Source: Alphaproteobacteria bacterium
GTDB lineage: Bacteria; Pseudomonadota; Alphaproteobacteria; UBA828
Direction: 5' to 3'
DNA length: 64,000 nucleotides
Assembly (NCBI GenBank): GCA_963422645.2
Contig: CAXXVO010000004.1
Location: forward strand, 64,001-128,000
Positions 51,282 through 60,647 of this stretch are shown one piece after another. Below the pieces are notes generated by a model. That model saw only the letters and a list, made by a program, of their open reading frames with translations. It had not been told where the DNA came from and searched no databases. The position numbers were made by a program, and so were the translations under genes. How positions within the stretch are numbered: the stretch's first letter is position 1; the number at the start of each line of letters is the position of its first letter.

Positions 51282-52544
51282 GACCCGACCGCCGCCCATT
51301 CGCCGCAGATACGCTCGGAGTCTGCACTTATCATTAAGGCCTCGATGCAATCCGCTATGCGCTGAGCCGGCCCGCGCAGCTGCCCGATCGTCCAGTCGGC
51401 GGCGTACCCCTCGGTAACGTCGTTGGGCGGCGCGTGGTTGACCAGCCGCTTGGTCAGGGCGTGCGGGAGCATCAACTCGCGCTCGGCCACCGTGATGAAG
51501 CAGTTGCGCAGCCCGTGGAACCAGAATTTTGCGCCACCTGCCTCGCTGATGCGGCGATGGAAATAGGTCAACTTCACGAAATAGCCCGTGCGGCTGGAGG
51601 CAGAGGAAAACACCCAACCGCCCGGCAGGTGGCCGCTCTCGGCCCACCGGCGATCGAGAATGGCTGCCAGCTGCCGGGTGATGGGCAGCTCCAGCGGCGC
51701 CCCGGTCTTGGTCTCGTCCACGCGGAAGACGAGCGCCTCCCTGTCCACACGCTCCCATCGGAGCGGCAGCACCTCGCCGAGCCGCATGCCGGTGTACATG
51801 CCGAACCAGAACACGTCGCGAAGGGCGGGGTTGCTCACTACGGCCTCGATCCCCTTCCGCCAGCACGGAAGGACCTCCGCCGGTGGCGGGATCTTGCGGC
51901 GCGGCTTGGGATGGAACCTCCCGCCGCCTGCGAGCCAGAGGTCGACCGGATTGGCCAGTCCCTCGATGTCCACGCAGGGCCGGCGATAGACCGAGCGCAA
52001 GAGCGAGATGCACTGGTTGGCCGTCGCCCAGCCATGCTTCTCGGTGATGCGGTTGAAACGGTCCTCCACGTCGCTCCGGGTAATGGCGTCGAGGGGACGG
52101 GCAAGCCAGTCGGCGAGCGGCCGCTCGAAGCGGTCGCGGTAGGACTCGTTGGTGCTCGCCTTGCGCTTGGGATTGGCCCTCATGTACTGCTCGAAGGCCT
52201 GCCTGAGCGGGGGCATGCGCCGGCTCCTCGCGCGCTCGGCCGCCGGGTCCTCGCCCATGGCGACCATGCCGAGCAGCCTGTGGGCCTCGCGCCGCGCCTG
52301 CTCGGCCGCCATCCTGTCACAGCGTCCGATGACGAGGCGCTTGTTGGGCGCCATCCTGCCGCCCGCGCCCAGGCGGTAGTTGACGATGTAGGACTTGACG
52401 CCCGGAGGGGTGCACGAGGACGCCATAGCCTGTCAGCTTGTCATCCCAGGCGATCCATGGCTTGTTGGCGGGCTCGAGGCTGTCGATGGCGCGCTTGGCG
52501 ATGGTGAGCTTGACGCGCGCGACGCGCTTCCCGGGATTTGGCAT
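51275..52544 (-). pseudogene. Tyrosine integrase with Arm-DNA-binding N-terminus, 1-bp frameshift near 52401
   Basis: WDDKLTGYGVLVHPSG | VKSYIVNYR in two frames; TGMRLGE, TKTG, FHGLRN, LVNH, GY catalytic set. Confidence 0.88.
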
Positions 52545-52734
52545 GCGGGCATGATGGCATGGCTTGGGATCGCAATCAACACCAACCACAACACATGAGA
52601 GTAACTTCAGGGGTGTTCCTGACCTCTCCTGGCCTTTCAGGATCGTCGGATATCGGCCAAAACCCAATGTTACAGCGGTATCCGAGTACTCCTAAGCAAG
52701 TACGAGCATCAGCAGGAACAAGACGTAACTGTTG

Positions 52735-52986
52735 TTTCTCACCAGGGTCACGGCCTGCGTCGCACCCAGGCGTTCGATCCGCCAGGAGCGGGCCGAAAAG
52801 CGTATCAGGGAATACGGTTGAGGCCCGCGACGCCGCGGGCGGGCGCCTGGGCGCGACCCGAAGGGCGGCGCTCTCCGGCCTACAGAGTGCGTCAAGCCAC
52901 TCGCCCGATGTCCCCGCATCGCGCTTCGCGGCTTTCCTGCTCTGTAGGCCGGAGAGCGCCGCGCAGACCATGACTCTGGTGAGAAA
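52735..52986. repeat. MITE/REP-like nested inverted-repeat element
   Basis: Outer 25-bp IR with 3 mismatches (52735-52759 / 52962-52986); inner perfect 23-bp IR (52865-52887 / 52940-52962). Confidence 0.7.
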
Positions 52987-52992
52987 TGCGGG

Positions 52993-53523
52993 TTAGGCGG
53001 CGAAGGTGCCGAAGGCGCCGCGGGAGTAGAGCAGGGGTTCCTGTGCCGCATCGGTGCGCACCGCCTGCACGCGGCCGGTGAGCACCGTGTGGGTCTCGGC
53101 CCGGAGCGTCTGGCCGAGCAGACAGTCGAAGCTCGCGAGCGCGTCCATCAGCACCGGCGCGCCGGTTGCGAGCGTGCCCCAGTCGCCCGTGGTAAAGCGC
53201 TCGGGCACCCTGGACGAGGTCGAGAACTGGGCTGCCAGGTCGAGGTGCTGCGCGCCCAGCACGTTGACGCAGAAGACCCGGCTCTGCAGCGTCGGGTCGT
53301 GAGCGCCCGCCTCGCGGTTGACGCAGGCGAGCAGCAAGGGCGGGTCGGCACTCAGCGAGCAGACGGCGGTGGCGGTCAGCCCGGTGCGCTGCTCGCCGAT
53401 GGAGGTGGTCACGATGGTGACGCCCGCCGCCAGCTGGCGCATGCCCTCCCTGAAGTCGCCGGAATCGACCGCCACCACGGGTGCGGCCAGGGAATCGAAA
53501 TCAAAATCGTCAAGCAGCGACAT
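52993..53523 (-). CDS. Flavin reductase family protein
   Basis: FREGMRQLAAGVTIVTT, GLTATAVCSLSADPP, THTVLTG, PLLY. Confidence 0.92.
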   Translation of the reverse strand: MSLLDDFDFDSLAAPVVAVDSGDFREGMRQLAAGVTIVTTSIGEQRTGLTATAVCSLSADPPLLLACVNREAGAHDPTLQSRVFCVNVLGAQHLDLAAQFSTSSRVPERFTTGDWGTLATGAPVLMDALASFDCLLGQTLRAETHTVLTGRVQAVRTDAAQEPLLYSRGAFGTFAA

Positions 53524-53651
53524 AAAGCCCTCTCCCGGCGCGGCACTTACTGTCCCCCAAGGCGCCGCCCGCACATTATGAAGATCGCCGCCGCAGGGGT
53601 CCACGGCACCGGCGGCGCTGCCCTTCGACCTCGCCCTTTGCCCGACCGAAC

Positions 53652-54407
53652 TCAGTGGAAGTAGGCGCCGCCATCGACGACGAGCGTTTGCCCCGTGACG
53701 AAGGCCGAGTCCTGCGACGCGAAGAAGATCACCGCGCCCACGATGTCGTCCGGGTGCTGATCCCGTTGGATGACCCGCGCCTGCCGCGAGATCTCCTGCA
53801 GCTTTTCCAGCTGATGGGGATTCTCGAGCACGCCTTCGGACAAGGTGAAGCCGGGCGCCACCGCGTTGACCCGGATGTCGGCGGCGCCGAGTTCCTTGGC
53901 CAGGGCCTTGGTCATCGCGTTGACGGCGCCCTTGCTCGCCACGTAGTGCAGCATGAAGGGAACACCCTTGAAGGGCGTCCCGGACGAGAGGTTGACGATC
54001 GAGCCTCCGCCCTGCCGACGCATCGCGGGGACGACCGCGCGGGTCGCCATCGCCTGCCCGATGACGTTCACCTCGAGCACGCGCCGCCACTCGTCGATGT
54101 CCAGGTCCTCGAAGGGCGTCATCTGCAGCGAGGAGTAGATCCCGGCGTTATTGACCAGCACGTCGATACGGCCGAACGCCTCCAGAGCGGTATTCGCCAT
54201 CGCCTCGGTGTCGCCTTGGCTCGACACGTCGCAGGGGACGCCAATGACGCTGTTCCGCGCGTTGTCGAGCGCCTTCGCGGCCTCCGCTGCGCCCTCGCGG
54301 TCGGCGATGACCACGCTCGCCCCTTCCGCGAGGAGAGCCTGCACGATCGCCTGTCCGATCCCCATCGCCCCGCCGGTGACAATCGCGACCTTCCCGCTGC
54401 AACGCAT
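53652..54407 (-). CDS. SDR-family oxidoreductase
   Basis: TGGAMGIG, NNAG, YVASK, TGQTLVVDGG. Confidence 0.95.
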   Translation of the reverse strand: MRCSGKVAIVTGGAMGIGQAIVQALLAEGASVVIADREGAAEAAKALDNARNSVIGVPCDVSSQGDTEAMANTALEAFGRIDVLVNNAGIYSSLQMTPFEDLDIDEWRRVLEVNVIGQAMATRAVVPAMRRQGGGSIVNLSSGTPFKGVPFMLHYVASKGAVNAMTKALAKELGAADIRVNAVAPGFTLSEGVLENPHQLEKLQEISRQARVIQRDQHPDDIVGAVIFFASQDSAFVTGQTLVVDGGAYFH

Positions 54408-54443
54408 CGTCTGTTTCCTTCCGCTTCCCCTGCATCCCGCCGA

Positions 54444-55094
54444 CTATGCCAAACCGAGTTCGATCGGTCTCTCGGCGTACACCCGATATGTCTGCGACTT
54501 CGGCTTGTCCCGGTCCTCAATGTTGACGTAGCGGATGGACGACGCGCCGAGCAGCGATCGCGGCAGGACCATGGTTCGAATGAAGCGGCTGGGAACGTCG
54601 TTCGACGCTTGCGCGAAGACGGGTTCCGGTCCGCTCTCGAACCAAGCGCCGCCGGGACCGTAGGCAGAGGACCGGCCTTCCGTATCGATTCTTATCACTC
54701 CCTCTCGCAGGCATCGGATTCCGGGCCCTTGATGCGTGTGAAGAAGGGCCGTCCCCCCGGGCGGGAAGGCGACACTATCGAGCCGGATCAAGAGGTTGTC
54801 GGCGATCGCGGCCGGCTCGACCCGGCCGGCAAGACGAAGGCTCGTCCGATGAGTGTAGAGGTCAGCGTCCGCATCGGCAGGCCCGACCTCCCATCGCCAG
54901 ACCGTGGCGCCGTCTCCGCCTGCGCGCACCGTCGCCGCGTCCGTCGAGACGAGTCCTCCATCCAAGGGGACATCCTCTCCACTCACGGAGACGCTGCCGG
55001 CCGAGACGTAGATCGCCCACGGTGCAGGAGCCTCGAAGCGGACCTCCTCGCCGCCGAACAGGGTGTCCTCGAACAGGCGCAACTCATAAGGCAT
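54444..55094 (-). CDS. Cupin-domain protein
   Basis: HTHQGPGIRCLREG...WFESGPEPV. Confidence 0.7.
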   Translation of the reverse strand: MPYELRLFEDTLFGGEEVRFEAPAPWAIYVSAGSVSVSGEDVPLDGGLVSTDAATVRAGGDGATVWRWEVGPADADADLYTHRTSLRLAGRVEPAAIADNLLIRLDSVAFPPGGTALLHTHQGPGIRCLREGVIRIDTEGRSSAYGPGGAWFESGPEPVFAQASNDVPSRFIRTMVLPRSLLGASSIRYVNIEDRDKPKSQTYRVYAERPIELGLA

Positions 55095-55160
55095 TCGTTG
55101 TGACCTCACAGACGTAGTGGAGACACCCAGAGGGCCCGGCCCAACAAGACCTGCGGCGCA

Positions 55161-55805
55161 TCAGTAGGCGACCGGGAGCGGGTCCAGGCTCCGCCACAGG
55201 TGCCAGACCGCCACCGAGCGCCAAGGCCGCCAACATTCCGCATGGGCCTCGATCGCGTCCGGGTCCATCGAGCTGCCGTCGCCGTAGTGCTTGCCCATGG
55301 CCCGGCGCACGCCGATGTCGGCAAGCGGCAGCACGTCCGGCCGCTGCAGGTAGAAGATCAGCACCATCTCGGCGGTCCATCGCCCCACCCCCCGCAGCGC
55401 AATCAGATCGTCGATCACCGCCTCGTCGTCAGCGCCCTGCCAGCGCTCCGGGTCGATGGTCCCGGAGACGAAAGCGATCGCGATGTCGCGCAGGTAGCCC
55501 GACTTCTGGCGGGTGAGACCGGCGCCGCGCAGCTCATCTTGCGTGCAGGCCGCGACCTCGGGCGGCGCGACGGTGCCGACGCAGGCTTCGAGCCGCGCCC
55601 AGATGCTGTCCGCCGCGCGCACCGAGATCTGCTGGGCCACGATGGAGCGTGCGAGGGTGAGGAAGAGGTCGCCCTGGCCGACCAGACCCTCGCCCTCGTA
55701 GCGCGCCATGAGCGCCGCCATCGCCGGGTCGGCGGCGGCGAGCGCGGCCCGCGCCTCCTGCCAATAGGCCGGTTGCCCCACCGGCCCGCTCGCCCATCGC
55801 GGCAT
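55161..55805 (-). CDS. DNA-3-methyladenine glycosylase II (AlkA family)
   Basis: IVAQQISVRAA, HhH LRGVGRWTAEM, PLAD, WRPWRS. Confidence 0.92.
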   Translation of the reverse strand: MPRWASGPVGQPAYWQEARAALAAADPAMAALMARYEGEGLVGQGDLFLTLARSIVAQQISVRAADSIWARLEACVGTVAPPEVAACTQDELRGAGLTRQKSGYLRDIAIAFVSGTIDPERWQGADDEAVIDDLIALRGVGRWTAEMVLIFYLQRPDVLPLADIGVRRAMGKHYGDGSSMDPDAIEAHAECWRPWRSVAVWHLWRSLDPLPVAY

Positions 55806-55838
55806 GGCGCCTGCTCTCCCCTTCCCTTGAGCCCCGGA

Positions 55839-56834
55839 TCAACGCCGGGCGAAGCTCGGCATCGGCTCCTCGATGCCTTCGGGGTCGGCGTGGATGAAGA
55901 CCTCCGCGTGGGGGAAGGCCTCGCGGATACGGTCCTCGACGGCGTCGGAAATCTCGTGGGCGCGGAGCAGCGTGAGCGAGCGGTCCATCTCGACATGGAC
56001 CTGGATGAAGGAACTGATGCCTGCGCGGCGGGTCCTGAGGTCGTGGCAGTCCAGCACCTCCGGGTGCTCCAGCACGATCTGGAGGATGCGCGCGCGGTCC
56101 TCCTCCGGGAGCTCATGGTCCATCAGCTGCTCGATCGCGCTCCGCCCGACCCGGTACGCGGCATGGATGATGACGCCCGCGATCACGATGGCGATGATCG
56201 GGTCGGCCAGACCCCAGCCCAGGGTCAGCGCCAGCGCCAGCGCCGCGATCACGCCGATGTTCGTCAGGATGTCGGAGGCATAGTGCAGCGAATCGGCCTT
56301 GATCGCGGTCGAGCCGGTGAGCCGCACCACCCGGCGCTGATAGGTCACCAGCGCCGCGGTGACGAGGGTGGCGAAGACCATGACCCCGATCCCTACCGGC
56401 GCGCGCTCGATCGGTTCCGGCTCCATAATTCGACCGACCGCCTCGACGATGAGGAAGATCCCAGACGCGCTAATGAAGAGCGCCTGTCCGAGGCCCGCCA
56501 ACGGCTCCGCCTTGCCGTGGCCGAAGCGATGCTCGCGGTCCGCCGGCTGGAGCGCCTGGCGTACGGCGAACAAATTGATGAGCGAGGCGAGCACGTCCAT
56601 CACCGAATCGGCGAGCGACGAGAGCAGGCTCACGGAATCGGTCACGAGCCAGGCGCCGAGCTTGGCGGCGATCATCAAGGCGGCGGCGGCGACCGCAACA
56701 TTGGTTGCGCGGCGCATCAGCTGGTGTGCGCGTTCGGGCTCGACTTGGGGTCCGCTCAGGGTCTCGGGTTTCACGCCGGGCGCGCTCCGCGCATCTTGGC
56801 CAGGGACCGCACCGAGAGTGCGCATGCTCCGCAC
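55839..56834 (-). CDS. Cation diffusion facilitator (FieF-like); start uncertain
   Basis: DSVMD, HRFGHGKAE, ADSLHYASD, HDLRTR, IHADP. Confidence 0.92.
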   Translation of the reverse strand: MRSMRTLGAVPGQDARSAPGVKPETLSGPQVEPERAHQLMRRATNVAVAAAALMIAAKLGAWLVTDSVSLLSSLADSVMDVLASLINLFAVRQALQPADREHRFGHGKAEPLAGLGQALFISASGIFLIVEAVGRIMEPEPIERAPVGIGVMVFATLVTAALVTYQRRVVRLTGSTAIKADSLHYASDILTNIGVIAALALALTLGWGLADPIIAIVIAGVIIHAAYRVGRSAIEQLMDHELPEEDRARILQIVLEHPEVLDCHDLRTRRAGISSFIQVHVEMDRSLTLLRAHEISDAVEDRIREAFPHAEVFIHADPEGIEEPMPSFARR

Positions 56835-56990
56835 GCCGCTCGCGCGACGTACGTCGTTGGCCGGTGCTTATAGCACAGCCACGACGAAGAGCTGCACTTC
56901 AGCGCATGAACGACGGCGGCTCCTTGCGGCGCCGCGGGTTTCGTGTAGGATGCCACAATACGCGGGAAATCAAGACAATACGAGGATTCG

Positions 56991-57806
56991 ATGGCGGATG
57001 CTTCGCCTTTAATGGCGGGCAAGCGCGGCATCGTGATGGGCGTTGCGAACGCGCGCTCCCTCGCTTGGGGCGTGGCTCACTCCCTCGCCGACCATGGTGC
57101 CGAGCTGGCCTTCACCTTCCAAGGCGACGCGATCGAGAAGCGGCTCAGGCCGCTCGCCGAATCGGTGGGCTCCGACTTTGTGCTCCCCTGCGACGTGACC
57201 GACGAGGCGAGCGTCGATGCCACCTTCGAGGCAATCGCCGAGCGCTGGGGCCACCTCGACTTCCTCGTCCACGCCATCGCCTATTCCGACAAGGAAGAGC
57301 TGAAAGGGCGCTATCTAGACACCACGCTCGAGAACTTCCAGACCACGCTTCAGATCTCGTGCTACTCGTTCACGGCGCTCTGCCAGCGCGCCGTGCCGCT
57401 GATGGGCGATGAGGGAGGCAGCCTGCTCACGCTCACCTACATGGGTGCCGAGCGCTGGGTGCCGCACTACAACGTGATGGGCGTCGCCAAGGCCGCGCTG
57501 GAGGCGAGCGTGCGCTATCTCGCCGCCGACCTGGGCGATCGCAACATCCGGGTCAACGCGATTTCTGCCGGCCCGGTCAAGACCTTGGCTGCCTCGGGCA
57601 TCGGTGATTTCCGCTACATCATGAAGTGGAACGAGTACAACGCCCCACTCAGGCGCAACGTCACCATCGACGAAGTGGGCGGTGCCGCCACCTATCTGTT
57701 GAGCGAGCTGGGCCGCGGCGTCACCGGCGAGGTTCATCACGTGGACTGCGGCTACCACATCGTCGGCATGAAGCGGCCGGACGCGCCCGACATCTCGGTC
57801 GTCTAG
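56991..57806 (+). CDS. fabI: Enoyl-ACP reductase
   Basis: [34 protein letters not shown]. Confidence 0.96.
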   Translation: MADASPLMAGKRGIVMGVANARSLAWGVAHSLADHGAELAFTFQGDAIEKRLRPLAESVGSDFVLPCDVTDEASVDATFEAIAERWGHLDFLVHAIAYSDKEELKGRYLDTTLENFQTTLQISCYSFTALCQRAVPLMGDEGGSLLTLTYMGAERWVPHYNVMGVAKAALEASVRYLAADLGDRNIRVNAISAGPVKTLAASGIGDFRYIMKWNEYNAPLRRNVTIDEVGGAATYLLSELGRGVTGEVHHVDCGYHIVGMKRPDAPDISVV

Positions 57807-57823
57807 GTCCGCCACCCTCTAAC

Positions 57824-58894
57824 ATGGCCAGCAACAGCTTCGGCCTGCTCTTCCGGGTCACGACCTGGGGCGAGAGCCACGGGCCGGCCATCGGCTGCGT
57901 CGTCGACGGCGTGCCGCCGCGCTTGGCTCTTTCCGAAGCCGACATCCAGCCCGCTCTCGACCGGCGCCGGCCAGGCACCTCTCGCTTCGTCACGCAGCGG
58001 CGCGAGTCGGATAGCGTGCGCATCCTCTCCGGCGTATTCGAGGGCCAGACCACCGGCACGCCCATCGCACTCGTAATCGAGAACGAGGACGCGCGGAGCC
58101 GCGACTACGGCCCGATCAAGGAGACCTATCGTCCCGGCCACGCCGATTTCACCTATGACGCGAAGTACGGCATCCGCGATTACCGGGGCGGCGGGCGGGC
58201 CAGTGCGCGCGAGACCGCCATGCGCGTCGCCGCCGGCGCCATCGCGCAGAAGGTTCTCGGTGACGGGGTGACGATCCGGGGCGCGGTCATCCAGGTCGGC
58301 GAGCATGCCGTCGACCGCGCGCGCTGGGACTGGGCCGAGACGGCGCAGAACCCCTTCTTCTGCCCCGATGCCGCCAGCGTGGCGGTCTGGGAGCAGGCGC
58401 TCGATGCCGCCCGCAAGGCCGGCACCTCCCTCGGCGCCATCGTCGAGGTGGAGGCCGACGGCGTGCCGGCAGGCCTGGGCGCGCCGGTCTATGGCAAGAT
58501 CGACGCCGACCTTGCCGCCGCCATGGTGAGCATCAACGCAGTCAAGGGGGTCGAGATCGGCGCAGGCTTCGCCGCCGCCGCCATGAGCGGCGACGTGAGC
58601 GGCGACGAGATCCGCATGGAGGAGGGCGCTCCCCGCTTCCTCACCAACAATGCCGGCGGCGTGCTCGGCGGCATCACCACCGGCCAGCCGGTCGTGGCCC
58701 GCTTCGTGGTCAAGCCCACAAGCTCGATCCGCACGCCCCGCCGTACCATCACAGCCAGGGGCGAGGAGACCGAGGTCTCCACCGCAGGCCGGCACGATCC
58801 CTGCGTCGGCATCCGCGCGGTGCCGGTGGGCGAGGCGATGATGGCCTGCGTGCTGGCCGATCATCTGCTGCGCCACCGCGCCCAGTGCGGTTAG
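57824..58894 (+). CDS. aroC: Chorismate synthase
   Basis: [33 protein letters not shown]. Confidence 0.97.
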   Translation: MASNSFGLLFRVTTWGESHGPAIGCVVDGVPPRLALSEADIQPALDRRRPGTSRFVTQRRESDSVRILSGVFEGQTTGTPIALVIENEDARSRDYGPIKETYRPGHADFTYDAKYGIRDYRGGGRASARETAMRVAAGAIAQKVLGDGVTIRGAVIQVGEHAVDRARWDWAETAQNPFFCPDAASVAVWEQALDAARKAGTSLGAIVEVEADGVPAGLGAPVYGKIDADLAAAMVSINAVKGVEIGAGFAAAAMSGDVSGDEIRMEEGAPRFLTNNAGGVLGGITTGQPVVARFVVKPTSSIRTPRRTITARGEETEVSTAGRHDPCVGIRAVPVGEAMMACVLADHLLRHRAQCG

Positions 58895-58931
58895 GGCGCC
58901 GCACGACGTCCACCGCCAAGGGGAGAGAGCC

Positions 58932-59522
58932 ATGCCGGCCAAGCAAGCGGCCCGCAAGGCGGAGCGTGTCCACGCGCTGCGCCTGCCCGATCAGCGCAAG
59001 AACCCGCCGGAAATCCGCGCCATCTTCGCGCGCTGCCTGGAGAAGATCGGCTTCGTGCCCAACGTGCTCTACTCCTACACGCTCCGGCCCCGCAAGTTCG
59101 AGCTCTTCCGCCGCTACAACAACGAGCTGATGCTGGGCGAGTCCGGCCTCTCCGCCCTGGAGCGGGAGATGATCGCGGTCGTCGTCTCCTGCGTGAACCA
59201 TTGCCACTACTGCCTGGTGGCGCACGGGGCGCAGGTCCGCCTCCTCGCGGGCGATCCGGTCCTGGGCGACCAGCTCGTCGCCAACTACCGCGCGGCGCCG
59301 CTCTCCCGCCGCCAGCGCGCGATGCTGGACTTCACCTGGAAGCTCAGCGAGAGCCCGGATTCCGTGGGCGCCGCCGACCGCGCGGCGCTCAGGAAGGCCG
59401 GCTTCAGCGACGAGGACATCTTCGACATCGCCGAGGTCGCGGGCTTCTACAACATGACCAACCGGCTCGCCGCCGCCATCGATATGCGCCCCAACCGGGA
59501 GTACTACAGTTTGGGGCGCTGA
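58932..59522 (+). CDS. AhpD-like peroxidase-related enzyme
   Basis: GFVPNV, EREMIAVVVS...CHYCLVAHG, NMTNR. Confidence 0.9.
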   Translation: MPAKQAARKAERVHALRLPDQRKNPPEIRAIFARCLEKIGFVPNVLYSYTLRPRKFELFRRYNNELMLGESGLSALEREMIAVVVSCVNHCHYCLVAHGAQVRLLAGDPVLGDQLVANYRAAPLSRRQRAMLDFTWKLSESPDSVGAADRAALRKAGFSDEDIFDIAEVAGFYNMTNRLAAAIDMRPNREYYSLGR

Positions 59523-59531
59523 AGACACGCC

Positions 59532-59563
59532 AAGGGCCTGCCCCGATGCGAGGCAGGCCCTTT
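59532..59563. terminator. Hairpin between convergent ahpD-like gene and rpoH
   Basis: AAGGGCCTGCC-N9-GGCAGGCCCTT. Confidence 0.7.
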
Positions 59564-59586
59564 CGCGTGTCGAAGTTCTTTCCGGG

Positions 59587-60492
59587 CTAGGCGTGCGCCA
59601 CTGACGCGGCCTCTTCCCGCTGCTTGCGGTGCGCGGCGCGCATGGCCTTCTGCAACTTCTTGAAGGCCCGCTCCTCGATCTGGCGGATGCGCTCGCGCGA
59701 GACGCCGTATTCCTGGCTCAGCTCCTCGAGCGTCTTTGGCTCTTCCTTCAGGCGCCGCTCGGTCAGGATGTGCTGCTCGCGGTCGGTGAGCACCTCGAGC
59801 GAGTCCGCGAAGAGCTGCCTGCGGTGGTCGAGCTCGTTCGCTTCCAGAACGGTGGTCTCCTGGCTCTGGGTGGAGTCTTCGAGCCAGTCCAGCCACTCGC
59901 CGCCACCTTCCTCGCGGACCGGCGCGTTGAGCGACTGATCGGGGCCCATCATCCGCCGGTTCATGGAGACCACGTCGTTCTGCGAAACGTTGAGCGCCGT
60001 CGAGATATGCTCGACCTGCTCGGGCGTCAGGTCGCCTTCGTCGATCGCCTCGATCTCGCCTTTCAGCTTGCGCAGGTTGAAGAAGAGCTTCTTCTGTGCC
60101 GCCGTGGTGCCCATCTTCACCAGCGACCAGGAGTGCAGGACGTATTCCTGCATCGAGGCGCGGATCCACCACATGGCGTAGGTCGCGAGGCGGAAGCCGC
60201 GGTCAGGATCGAAGCGCTTGACCGCCTGCATGAGTCCGATGTTGCCCTCGGAGATCAGCTCGCCCACCGGCAGGCCGTAGCCGCGATAGCCCATCGCGAT
60301 CTTGGCCACCAGGCGCAGGTGGCTGGTCACGAGCCGGTGCGCCGCCTCGGCGTCGTCGTGCTCGCGCCAGCGCTTGGCCAGCATGAACTCCTCCTCGGGC
60401 GTGAGGAGCGGGAATTGGCGGATCTCGCGGAGGTAGCGGGAGACTCCGCTTCCACTCATTGTCGCCGGTATCGGAACGGCGCGCGCTGCCAT
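59587..60492 (-). CDS. rpoH: RNA polymerase sigma-32 factor
   Basis: LVTSHLRLV, RpoH box QKKLFFNLR, VSRERIRQIE. Confidence 0.97.
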   Translation of the reverse strand: MAARAVPIPATMSGSGVSRYLREIRQFPLLTPEEEFMLAKRWREHDDAEAAHRLVTSHLRLVAKIAMGYRGYGLPVGELISEGNIGLMQAVKRFDPDRGFRLATYAMWWIRASMQEYVLHSWSLVKMGTTAAQKKLFFNLRKLKGEIEAIDEGDLTPEQVEHISTALNVSQNDVVSMNRRMMGPDQSLNAPVREEGGGEWLDWLEDSTQSQETTVLEANELDHRRQLFADSLEVLTDREQHILTERRLKEEPKTLEELSQEYGVSRERIRQIEERAFKKLQKAMRAAHRKQREEAASVAHA

Positions 60493-60579
60493 TGTTCCAT
60501 CCCTCCTCTATTCGAGACGCTTCGGCGTCTCTGGTGCCGCGCCGCACTCTCCTACCACGCCTGCGGCTCCATGAGGGAG

Positions 60580-60608
60580 AAATGGACCCAAAAAAGGGCG
60601 TTTTCAAG
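60580..60608 (-). promoter_or_regulatory. Putative sigma-32 promoter of rpoH
   Basis: Minus strand CTTGAA-N15-GTCCATTT resembles CTTGAA...CCCCATNT. Confidence 0.5.
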
Positions 60609-60647
60609 GCAATTCGTCTTATATCAAGGCTTTGTGATTCTTATGTC

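Noticed and set aside
51237-51310. Intact tRNA-Met gene
   Set aside because: Only anticodon loop to CCA is present.
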